Source: Blastomonas sp. (GTDB lineage Bacteria; Pseudomonadota; Alphaproteobacteria; Sphingomonadales; Sphingomonadaceae). Taken from it: a stretch of DNA of 44,516 bases. Of the stretch, positions 19,706 to 27,783 are shown one piece after another (the stretch's first letter is position 1; every line of letters starts with the position of its first letter). The stretch is taken from positions 1 through 44,516 of the forward strand of contig NZ_JBGTFM010000154.1 in NCBI RefSeq assembly GCF_041747255.1. Direction: 5' to 3'. Both the position numbers and the translations under genes were made by a program. The notes below the pieces were generated by a model. The model was not told where the DNA came from, searched no databases, and worked only from the letters and a program-made list of their open reading frames with translations.

Positions 19706-22273
19706 TTAGAATTTGAAGCGCACAATGCCGCCATAGGTGCGCGGCTGGTTCGGGTAACCCGAGACCGTGCCGGCCTGTGCGACGCCATCGAACACCGTGA
19801 TGATGTATTGATCGTCAAGCAGGTTGCGCGCCCAAACGCCGACCTCCAGCCCATTGTCGAGTTGCAGAATCATCGACGCGTTCACAAGATTGACTTCGCG
19901 CTGGAAGATCCGCAGGTCGCGGCGCGCGTTGACTGGGCCGTTGAAGGTCGGCAAGCCGTTGTTGATCGCGACATTGCTTTCATGGCTGTAGTCAATCCGC
20001 GTCAGCAGTTTGTTGCCACTGCTGCCGAATTCGTGGGTGTAGGTCGCCGACGTTGCGAGGCTCCACTCCGGGATGCCGCCGGGACGAAAGCCAGTCAGAT
20101 TACCCACCGGGCTTTCGGTGAAGCTGTCGAAATTGGCATCAAGATAGGTTGCCGCAAAGGTGAACACCAACCCTCTGGTGGGGGTGATGGTCGTATCGAG
20201 TTCGAAGCCCTTCACCGACTGTTCGCCGGCATTGTTGAGCTGGAAGCCCGTGCCGGTAAACAGGAAGCTCTGGAAACCCTGAATCGTCTGGTCGAACAGC
20301 GCGAGGTTGACGCTCAGTCCCGGCCAACTGGCCTTCATGCCGAGTTCGTAGACTTCCGCTTCTTCTGGTCCGGCGAAGCGCGAACCGGTACCGAGATTGG
20401 GCACCGCCAGACCTGCGCCGATGATGGGCGAGTTGGGCGCTGCGAAGGTCGAACGACCCGGGCCGGGAATGAAATCCCCAAACGCCGGGCGGCTGTCGCG
20501 CGACAGGTTGATCGAGCTCGCCTTGAAGCCGGTCGAATAGCTGGCGTAGACATTGACCCGATCCGAAACCGCGTAAGACGCGCGCAGCAGATAGGTCAGC
20601 TTGTCGTCGCGCGTCCGGCCGGGCTCAACTGCGTTGGGCAGGTTGAGGAACGGCGGCTGGAACTGGAATGCGCTCAGACCGAGCAGCGGGTTGACTGCCG
20701 GATTGGTCGCCGCTGCAAGCAGCGCCTGCTGGTTGGCGGCTGGCAGCGCCTGGAATGCCGCACGGTTGCGGACCCCGCCACCCGTGGCCTGAACGATAAA
20801 GGCATCGACCAAGTTGATATTGGCCAGCGGATCAAACGACTGCTGTGCAAGCGCGAAATCCTTCTTATCGTCGGTGTAGTTGAACCCGGCGGTAAAGACG
20901 AGGCCATCAACCGGCTCAAAATCGACCGTCCCGAACACCGACCACGACCGGTTGTCCATCGCGAATTGTTCAGCCGTAAGCGGGCCGGGCCTGAAGATCG
21001 AATTTTGCGGCAGGCCAAGCCCGGCTTCGACCCCGTTGAACACCATCGGGTTGCCCGCCAGCAGGCTGAAGAATGCCCGCGTGTCGGCACCGGTGGTCAG
21101 GCGGCTGTCCTGCGTGATCGACTCATCGAAAAAGTATCCACCCAGAAGGAAGTTCAGCGGCCCATCGAAATCCGACGAGATCCGCAGTTCCTGCGTGAAG
21201 GTCTCCACATCCTGGTCGCGGGTTTCGGTCACCACATCGGCGCTGGTGAAATCGACATCCTGATCGAGGAAGTTTTTGAGTTCACGATAGGCGGTGATTG
21301 AGGTCACGGTGAGCGCGCCAATATTCCAGTCGGCCTGGATCGATCCGCCGTAATTCTTGACTTCGTTGCGCGGCACCTGGCTGAGGAAAGTGTTGTAGCT
21401 GAAGAAGTTGGTGTCGAGTGCGCCACCAACCGCGAACACCGCAGGCGCGGTGGGCCCGGCCACCAGGGTCGAAACCAGACAGCACACTTCGTCGATCTTG
21501 CCATAATCGACAATCGCGCGGATCTTGAAATCTGCGCTCGGTTCAATCAGCAACTGGGCGCGCGCCGTCCAGCGGTCGCGGTCCGAAACGTCCTGATTAA
21601 GATTGACGATATTGGCATAGCCATCGCGGCGGTTGTAACTGCCGTCCACCGAGAACGCGATGTTCTCGCTGATCGGACCGGTAATTTCGCCCTTGAGGAT
21701 CAGTGCGTTGAAGTTGCCGTAGCTGGCCTCAACCTGGCCGCCGAATTCATATTGCGGCTCTTTGGTGATGACCGAGATCACACCGGCGCTCGCATTTTTG
21801 CCAAACAGGGTCGATTGCGGCCCGTTCAGGACTTCAATGCGCTGAACCATGTTAAGGTCAGACAGCGCAGCGGCCGAACGTGAGCGGAACACGCCGTCAA
21901 TGAACACGCCAACCGAAGGTTCGATGCCGAAGTTGTTGTCGCCGTTGCCGAAGCCGCGGATGATGAACGTGGTGGCAGACGCGCTCTGCAACTGGCTGAC
22001 CCGCAGCGAGGGAGTGACCGTCTGCAGATCCAGCACGTCACGGATTTGCGCGTTTTCGAGCGTTTCGCCGGTGGTCACCGATACCGAGATCGGCACTTCC
22101 TGCAGCGTTTGCTCGCGCTTGGATGCGGTGACGATGATGACGTTGCTTTCAAAATTCTCTTCGTCCTGCGCCGCATCTTGCGCCAGCGCTGCACCCGGCA
22201 TCGCGAGCGTGCCGATGGCTGCGCCGGAAAGAAGAATCGATTTCAGGCGTGTTTCGGTGAATTTCATGGACAT
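19706..22273 (-). CDS. TonB-dependent outer membrane receptor
   Basis: Signal peptide, TonB-box-like IIVTA, plug motifs (SVGVFIDGV, RIEVLNGPQSTLFGKN), NLLDDQY and PRTYG..F C-terminus; GGGGAG RBS. Confidence 0.93.
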   Translation of the reverse strand: MSMKFTETRLKSILLSGAAIGTLAMPGAALAQDAAQDEENFESNVIIVTASKREQTLQEVPISVSVTTGETLENAQIRDVLDLQTVTPSLRVSQLQSASATTFIIRGFGNGDNNFGIEPSVGVFIDGVFRSRSAAALSDLNMVQRIEVLNGPQSTLFGKNASAGVISVITKEPQYEFGGQVEASYGNFNALILKGEITGPISENIAFSVDGSYNRRDGYANIVNLNQDVSDRDRWTARAQLLIEPSADFKIRAIVDYGKIDEVCCLVSTLVAGPTAPAVFAVGGALDTNFFSYNTFLSQVPRNEVKNYGGSIQADWNIGALTVTSITAYRELKNFLDQDVDFTSADVVTETRDQDVETFTQELRISSDFDGPLNFLLGGYFFDESITQDSRLTTGADTRAFFSLLAGNPMVFNGVEAGLGLPQNSIFRPGPLTAEQFAMDNRSWSVFGTVDFEPVDGLVFTAGFNYTDDKKDFALAQQSFDPLANINLVDAFIVQATGGGVRNRAAFQALPAANQQALLAAATNPAVNPLLGLSAFQFQPPFLNLPNAVEPGRTRDDKLTYLLRASYAVSDRVNVYASYSTGFKASSINLSRDSRPAFGDFIPGPGRSTFAAPNSPIIGAGLAVPNLGTGSRFAGPEEAEVYELGMKASWPGLSVNLALFDQTIQGFQSFLFTGTGFQLNNAGEQSVKGFELDTTITPTRGLVFTFAATYLDANFDSFTESPVGNLTGFRPGGIPEWSLATSATYTHEFGSSGNKLLTRIDYSHESNVAINNGLPTFNGPVNARRDLRIFQREVNLVNASMILQLDNGLEVGVWARNLLDDQYIITVFDGVAQAGTVSGYPNQPRTYGGIVRFKF

Positions 22274-22373
22274 CTCACTCCCCTAAAGTGCTGACGCGAA
22301 GGCACATTAACCAGCTCTCTCGCGCGTTATATCGTTCTTATGGTCGCGGGCCGGGCAGGACAATCACAAACCA

Positions 22374-22393
22374 CGGAATCAACAGCGATTCCG
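22374..22393. promoter_or_regulatory. Inverted repeat containing two GANTC sites upstream of the TonB receptor
   Basis: CGGAATC-aacagc-GATTCCG. Confidence 0.4.
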
Positions 22394-22446
22394 GGATTTA
22401 CGTGACATAATTACAACGATCCGTTCGGAGACTGGCGTCTTTGCCG

Positions 22447-23772
22447 CTACACAACGTGCGCGCGGATCATGGAATTAACCCCCACCTGCGCCTTCAGCCT
22501 GCTGCCCAGCAGGAACACCCCACCAATCTTTCGCTGGATGAACAATGTGTCGACCGGTGGAATGTGATAAAAGCTGCGTTGCTGCGCAAACGCCATGCCC
22601 TCGTCGCGCAACTGGTTGACGGTGTCGCTTGAGGCAAAATCGAACGAGCCTTCGGTGCGCAGCGGCGCGAAGGCGGTGTCGAACATGCCCAGCACCGCAT
22701 CCTTGTGCGATTCCGGCGCGTCTTGGTGGATCAGGCCGAGTGTGATGGCCCACTGGCGAGTGGCCGCGCGGTCGCTCTTCAGCCCGGCCCCCAACAACGC
22801 GCGATAGGCGTCGGCCACCGGCTGCGTGACCGGGCGGGTCGCCCCGAAATCGAGCAGCACCAGCTGCCGGGTGGCAGGGTCATAGCGGTAGTTGGCAAAA
22901 TTGGGGTCGGTCTGCATCAGCTTGAATTCAAACAGCTCGCGCATCAGCAGGCCGACGAGCAGTTCGGCAATCCGGTCACGGTCCACCTGCGGCAGATGCT
23001 CAGTGTCCTCTACCGCGATGCTCTCATCAAATGACATCGCCAGAATGTCGCCGGTGCTGAAATCCTCATGCAGCGCTGGCACGCGATAGTCGGGTTCGCC
23101 CGCCAGCAGCTGGCCGAAGCTCGTCAGATGCGCGGCTTCGTGCTCATAATCGGCCTCTTCATGCAGCTGACGCTTGGCTTCCTCAAGCATCGCATCGATC
23201 TCCAGCCCGGCAGGCAGCAGGCCGGAGAGCTTGATCAGCGAGGCGACATTATCGACATCGCTGTCGATGCTCTGGCGCACCCCAGGATATTGCACCTTGA
23301 TCGCCAGGTCGCGGCCATCGACGGTGCGCGCGCGGTGAACCTGGCCGATTGAGGCGGCGGCGATCGGCTTGAAGCCGAAGCTGGCAAAGCGCTTTTCCCA
23401 GCCGCGCCCCCAGTTGTGTTCCAGCACCTTGCGCAGCTGGCCTTGCGGCATGTGTTGCGCATCGGCGCGCAGGCGGCCCAGAATTTCGGTGAGTTCGGGC
23501 GGAAAGAAATCGCCGGTGTCCATCGACATCAGCTGGCCCAGCTTCATCGCTGCACCGCGCAGGTTGGCGAGCTTGTCGGTGATCCGCCGGGCGTTGGCCG
23601 GGGTCAGCAGCAGATCGCTGACGCTGGGGCGTTTGCCCTGTGCCCACTGCTTCGCGCCATCGACCAGCATCCCCCCCGCGACGCCACCCGCCATGCTGCC
23701 AAAGCTGGCAAAGCGCTGGATGCGGCCGCTGGGGACGGCCTTGCCGATGGACCGGGTCTTTGGGGGGAGCAT
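22447..23772 (-). CDS. AarF/ABC1/UbiB (COQ8-like) atypical kinase
   Basis: KLGQ (KxGQ), AAASIGQV A-rich loop, KVQYPG, QTDPNFAN and LLDFG motifs. Confidence 0.92.
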   Translation of the reverse strand: MLPPKTRSIGKAVPSGRIQRFASFGSMAGGVAGGMLVDGAKQWAQGKRPSVSDLLLTPANARRITDKLANLRGAAMKLGQLMSMDTGDFFPPELTEILGRLRADAQHMPQGQLRKVLEHNWGRGWEKRFASFGFKPIAAASIGQVHRARTVDGRDLAIKVQYPGVRQSIDSDVDNVASLIKLSGLLPAGLEIDAMLEEAKRQLHEEADYEHEAAHLTSFGQLLAGEPDYRVPALHEDFSTGDILAMSFDESIAVEDTEHLPQVDRDRIAELLVGLLMRELFEFKLMQTDPNFANYRYDPATRQLVLLDFGATRPVTQPVADAYRALLGAGLKSDRAATRQWAITLGLIHQDAPESHKDAVLGMFDTAFAPLRTEGSFDFASSDTVNQLRDEGMAFAQQRSFYHIPPVDTLFIQRKIGGVFLLGSRLKAQVGVNSMIRAHVV

Positions 23773-23860
23773 AAGACGCGAGCACCTGTCACTGGCTTGG
23801 CGTCACCATAGACGCCTTGCGTTACCCATGTAGGTGCGCGTGGCCGCGATGACGAGGGGT

Positions 23861-24877
23861 TCAGCTACAGCTGGCCCCGCCCAGCACGCAAAATCGCGCG
23901 CAATGCGGGTGGTTGAGCGAGACGCTGCGCGATGCCTCGACAAGGCTGCGCCCCATGTCGAACTGCGGATCATAGGGCAGCAATGTGCAGGCGGCGACAG
24001 TGGGCCGGTCCGCGCCCTTGTGTTTCACCACCATCCGGCTGCTGGCGCACATCATGCTCGCCGGGTCGATCTTGAGAATATCCCAGCAGCCGGTGCTGAT
24101 CTCGGCGATATCGGCGGTCGCGTCCATCTCAGGGAACATGACAAAGGCCTGCGGGTCGTTCACGTCGATGGCCAGCCCCTCGCGCGCAAACAATGCGGCA
24201 AATCCGGCGCGCGCCTCGGCATCGCTTTCGTTGCCCAGATGCCGCCCCGCAACCGCGATGGCAAAGCCGTTGTCGTTCAACCATCTGAGACCAGCTATCG
24301 CCTTGTCCCAGCTGTTTGGTCCGCGTTCGGCCTCGTGGACCGCCTGGCTGTAGTGGTCGAGGCTGACACGGATTGTGAGCTTGCGCCCGTGGCGTGCCCG
24401 CAGATCGAGCAGCGCGGCTTCATAACGGCGTAGCGGGCGCATCGCGTTTGACAGCACCAACGTGTCGAACCCGCGCGACAGGCACAGATCGAGGATGGCG
24501 ATGAGTTCGGGGTTCATGAACGGCTCACCACCGGTGAACGCAATCTCGCGCGTTGGCAGGCCGTGCGCCGCAATTTCGTCGAGATATTGGGTCACTTCGG
24601 CCAGGCTGATATAGACCAGCGCGTCGTTTCGCGGCGAACTTTCGATGTAGCAGCTCTTGCAGGCTAAATTGCATAAGGTGCCGGTGTTGAACCACAAGGT
24701 GGTAAGCCCCGTCATCACGACCGATGCGCGCGGTTCGCCTTTCGCGGTGACCATGGGATCGCGGAACTTTTTCGGATCAAGCGGCTGCGCGGCGTCCAGC
24801 GCAAACGGGCTGGCGGCGAGATTGGGCTGTGTGGCGATAAAGGGCTCCATCGGTGTGCTGCTGGCGGGCAGCGTCAA
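23861..24877 (-). CDS. Radical SAM protein, uncharacterised, with Cys-rich C-terminus
   Basis: CNLACKSC (CxxxCxxC), FTGGEP and C-terminal HPHCARFCVLGGASCS. TTG start overlaps the symporter stop (TTGA); ATG 24850 is an alternative start. Confidence 0.88.
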   Translation of the reverse strand: MTLPASSTPMEPFIATQPNLAASPFALDAAQPLDPKKFRDPMVTAKGEPRASVVMTGLTTLWFNTGTLCNLACKSCYIESSPRNDALVYISLAEVTQYLDEIAAHGLPTREIAFTGGEPFMNPELIAILDLCLSRGFDTLVLSNAMRPLRRYEAALLDLRARHGRKLTIRVSLDHYSQAVHEAERGPNSWDKAIAGLRWLNDNGFAIAVAGRHLGNESDAEARAGFAALFAREGLAIDVNDPQAFVMFPEMDATADIAEISTGCWDILKIDPASMMCASSRMVVKHKGADRPTVAACTLLPYDPQFDMGRSLVEASRSVSLNHPHCARFCVLGGASCS

Positions 24878-25860
24878 TCGCTCGATATCTGCTCTGACCG
24901 GGGCTTGGCAAGCCGCGAAGCGAGCGGTGCCGAAACGATCAGCTGTAATTGGTGATACAAAAGCACAGGCAGGATGATGAGCCCCGCCTGCGGCCCCCCG
25001 AACAGGATCGCGGCCAGCGGCGCGCCAGTGGCGATGCTCTTGTGCGATCCGGCAAACAGCAGGCTGATGCGGTCGGGCCTCGGCAACCGCAGCAATCCGC
25101 CCAGCCCCCAGGCCGCGACCATTGCGATGGCGAGCATCACAGCGATGGTGCCGGTGAGGATGCCGAGCACCGTCCAGCTAAGCGCTGCCATCTGTCCACC
25201 GGCGACCGCAGAGCAGAACGCGACATAGACCGCCAGCGCAATGGCAAAGCGGTCCAGAAAGGTCAGCAGCGCCTTGTTGCGCATCGCCCAGCCACGCAGC
25301 CAGCCTTGTGCAATCTGGCCGAGCACGAACGGCAGCAGCAGGATCGCGACGATGCGCAGCACCGTGTCCGCGCCGATGTCCGCGCCTCCGGTCGCGCCGA
25401 TCAATAGCACCACGAGCGCGGGCGTCATGAAAATGCCGGACAGGTTAAGCAGCGCCGCCGCCATCACCGATGCCGCGATGTTGCCACCCGCCAGCGACGC
25501 ATAGCTGATCGCCGACTGGACGGTGGAAGGCAAGATACCGAGAAACAGCAGTCCGACGATTAATCCGGCGGGCATGAAGGACGGCTGCGCAAATGTCGCT
25601 GCCAGCCCGACCAGCGGCATCAGGCCGAAAACGAACACAAAGATCAGGCCCTGCAATCGCCAGTTGCGCATCGCGGCAATCACCTCGGCGCGGGGCAGGC
25701 GCAGGCCATGCAAGAAGAACAGCATGAAGATCGCCACCGACACCGCGTGCCCAGCATAAACCGCCGCCGCGCCGCGTACCGGCAGCACCGCAGCGGCTGC
25801 GACGGTAAGCAGCAGCACGAGCACAAAGCGGTCGGGGATCAGGCGGGAGAGAAGCGACAT
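24874..25860 (-). CDS. Bile acid:sodium symporter family (SBF-like/YfeH-type) transporter
   Basis: LFFLHGLRL, LPSTVQSAI..AGGN, GSHKSIATGAP and LYHQLQL motifs; many TM helices. Start trimmed to ATG 25860. Confidence 0.88.
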   Translation of the reverse strand: MSLLSRLIPDRFVLVLLLTVAAAAVLPVRGAAAVYAGHAVSVAIFMLFFLHGLRLPRAEVIAAMRNWRLQGLIFVFVFGLMPLVGLAATFAQPSFMPAGLIVGLLFLGILPSTVQSAISYASLAGGNIAASVMAAALLNLSGIFMTPALVVLLIGATGGADIGADTVLRIVAILLLPFVLGQIAQGWLRGWAMRNKALLTFLDRFAIALAVYVAFCSAVAGGQMAALSWTVLGILTGTIAVMLAIAMVAAWGLGGLLRLPRPDRISLLFAGSHKSIATGAPLAAILFGGPQAGLIILPVLLYHQLQLIVSAPLASRLAKPRSEQISSD

Positions 25861-25959
25861 GGGCAGCACAGCCATTGCCCGCTTCGCCCAGCCAGCGCAA
25901 CGGCTTGCTTGCCGCCCGAAGCGATGCGACAAGACCGTTGAGCAATGAGGGGCGCGGGG

Positions 25960-26883
25960 ATGGACTGGAAACCGGTTTTGGCAGCGATTGAGGCTGCGAC
26001 CGCGCCGCACATCGGCAGCGGCAAGGTCGCCGATTACATCCCTGCGCTGGCGAGGGTTGACCCCAGCAAGTTTGGCATGGCGGTGGTGCTGGGCAGCGGC
26101 GAGATGCTGACGCTGGGCGACAGCCATGAGCCGTTCTCGATCCAGTCAATCTCAAAAGTTTTTACGCTTTCCATGGCTTTACGTTGGTTTGGTGAGAGTG
26201 TTTGGGATCGGGTTGGTCGCGAACCCAGCGGCAGCGCATTCAATTCCATCATTCAGCTTGAAAATGAAAAAGGTATTCCGCGTAACCCTCTGATAAATGC
26301 AGGCGCGATCGTCATCACTGACATGCTGGTTGCCGCCAGCAGCGCCGATGCGGTGGTCAATGAACTGATCGCGCGGCTGCGGCGCTTTTCGGGCGACGAG
26401 ACGATCAAGATCGACGAGGAAGTGGCAGAATCTGAGTCCGCCACTGGATCGCGCAACCGGGCGCTCGCCTATTTCATGGCGTCGTTCGGCAATATGAACA
26501 ATTCGGTGGAGGAGAGCCTCGGCGCATATTTCCGCCAGTGCGCGGTGCGGATGAGCTGCCGCCAGCTGGCGCGCGCGGCATTGTTCCTAGCCTTCGATGG
26601 CCGCGACCCGATCACCCGCGAACAGATGGTCTCCCGCGAATACTGCCGCCGGATCAACGCGGTGATGATGTCGTGCGGCCATTATGACAACAGCGGCGAT
26701 TTCGCCTATCGCATCGGCCTGCCCGGCAAAAGCGGCGTCGGCGGCGGCATCCTCGCGGTCGCGCCCGGCCACGGCGTTATCGCCACCTGGTCGCCGGGGC
26801 TGAATGCAGCGGGCACATCAATGGTCGGCGCGGTGGCGCTGGAAGAGCTGGTCGAGGCGACGGGATGGAGTGTGTTTGTTTGA
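25960..26883 (+). CDS. glsA: Glutaminase
   Basis: GKVADYIPAL, FSIQSISK (SxxK), GREPSG, PRNPLINAGA and GLPGKSGVGGG motifs. Confidence 0.94.
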   Translation: MDWKPVLAAIEAATAPHIGSGKVADYIPALARVDPSKFGMAVVLGSGEMLTLGDSHEPFSIQSISKVFTLSMALRWFGESVWDRVGREPSGSAFNSIIQLENEKGIPRNPLINAGAIVITDMLVAASSADAVVNELIARLRRFSGDETIKIDEEVAESESATGSRNRALAYFMASFGNMNNSVEESLGAYFRQCAVRMSCRQLARAALFLAFDGRDPITREQMVSREYCRRINAVMMSCGHYDNSGDFAYRIGLPGKSGVGGGILAVAPGHGVIATWSPGLNAAGTSMVGAVALEELVEATGWSVFV

Positions 26884-26899
26884 GCAAGAGCGGTTTCGG

Positions 26900-26962
26900 T
26901 ATCACGCGTGATATTGATCAATGCCGCTTGCTTTTTTCACGCCATATGGCCATATTTCTCAT
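26900..26962 (+). promoter_or_regulatory. Palindrome cluster and putative sigma70 promoter for a leaderless transcript
   Basis: Palindromes TATCACGCGTGATA (26900-26913), ATTGATCAAT (26913-26922), GCCATATGGC (26941-26950) and ATATGGCCATAT (26944-26955). TTGCTT (26928-33)-N17-CATATT (26951-56) lies six bases before ATG 26963. Confidence 0.5.
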
Positions 26963-27142
26963 ATGAAATCGAACCAGTCTGCATCGAAACGCGCGTTGCT
27001 TGCCAAGCACAGAGATTTGGTGCTGGGGCGCAGCGCAGTGACAGGGCAATATGTATTAAGGCCAGCATCTAAACAGGGTTCGGTGTCGATAAAGAATGCC
27101 AATGCCGTGGTCAAAACTGTACTAGCTGATCAGAGCAAATAG
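26963..27142 (+). CDS. Small basic hypothetical protein (59 aa)
   Basis: MKSNQSASKRALLAKHRDLVLGRSAVTGQYVLRPASKQ...; lies directly behind the putative promoter and ends 6 bp before the next CDS; AT-rich codons. Confidence 0.6.
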   Translation: MKSNQSASKRALLAKHRDLVLGRSAVTGQYVLRPASKQGSVSIKNANAVVKTVLADQSK

Positions 27143-27148
27143 CTGCTG

Positions 27149-27781
27149 GTGACACAACAACGCACTTCAACGGACGACGTATTTATCAATTGTCCGTTTG
27201 ATCACCAGTTCAATGCAATATTCAACGCGTTAATTTTTACGATTTATGCTTGTGGTTTCCGGCCACGATCTGCGCGCGAGCTGGACGATGGCGGACAAGC
27301 GCGGCTCGATAAACTGTATGCCATTATTGAGCAATGTCGTTATGGAATTCTTGACCTGTCGCGTACAGAGCTTGATAATGTGTTTCTTTTGCCAAGATTC
27401 AACATGCCAGTGGAGCTTGGTATTTTTTTGGGTGCCAAGCGCTATGGCGGGAAATTACAAAAGGACAAGAGACTGATAATCTTTGATATAGAGCAGTATC
27501 GGTATCAAAGATTTATTTCTGATCTCGCAGGAATGGATATTCATGCGCATAGCAACGATCCGTCGCTCGCGATCAATGAGGCTCGTAATTGGCTGGCAAA
27601 TGTTTCGCGGCGAAAGCTACCGAGCGGACGTAATCTGATACGCGCCTACCATCGTTTCAATCACGATCTCCCCGCGCTTGCACAGGCCCTCGACTTTGAC
27701 GTCGATGCACTGCCATATGTAGATTTTGAAAGGTTCGTTGTCACGTGGCTACTTGAAGCCAAGGCAGATGGCGAGAACTGA
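27149..27781 (+). CDS. Hypothetical protein, TIR-like / N-(deoxy)ribosyltransferase-like fold
   Basis: Pattern VFINCPFD (beta1) ... RLDKLYAIIEQCRYGILDLS ... RFNMPVELG resembles the F-I-x-x-P-F ... N-x-x-x-E-L-G signature of TIR/NDT-like nucleotide-processing domains; GTG start; low GC. Confidence 0.7.
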   Translation: MTQQRTSTDDVFINCPFDHQFNAIFNALIFTIYACGFRPRSARELDDGGQARLDKLYAIIEQCRYGILDLSRTELDNVFLLPRFNMPVELGIFLGAKRYGGKLQKDKRLIIFDIEQYRYQRFISDLAGMDIHAHSNDPSLAINEARNWLANVSRRKLPSGRNLIRAYHRFNHDLPALAQALDFDVDALPYVDFERFVVTWLLEAKADGEN

Positions 27782-27783
27782 GC

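Noticed and set aside
19340-21301. 653-aa plus-strand ORF
   Set aside because: Antisense shadow of the TonB receptor. It runs across two terminators, has no recognisable motifs, and such ORFs are expected in high-GC DNA.
25861-26127. Long N-terminal extension of the symporter ORF overlapping glsA
   Set aside because: Hydrophilic, non-homologous-looking sequence overlapping a real divergent gene; start trimmed to 25860.
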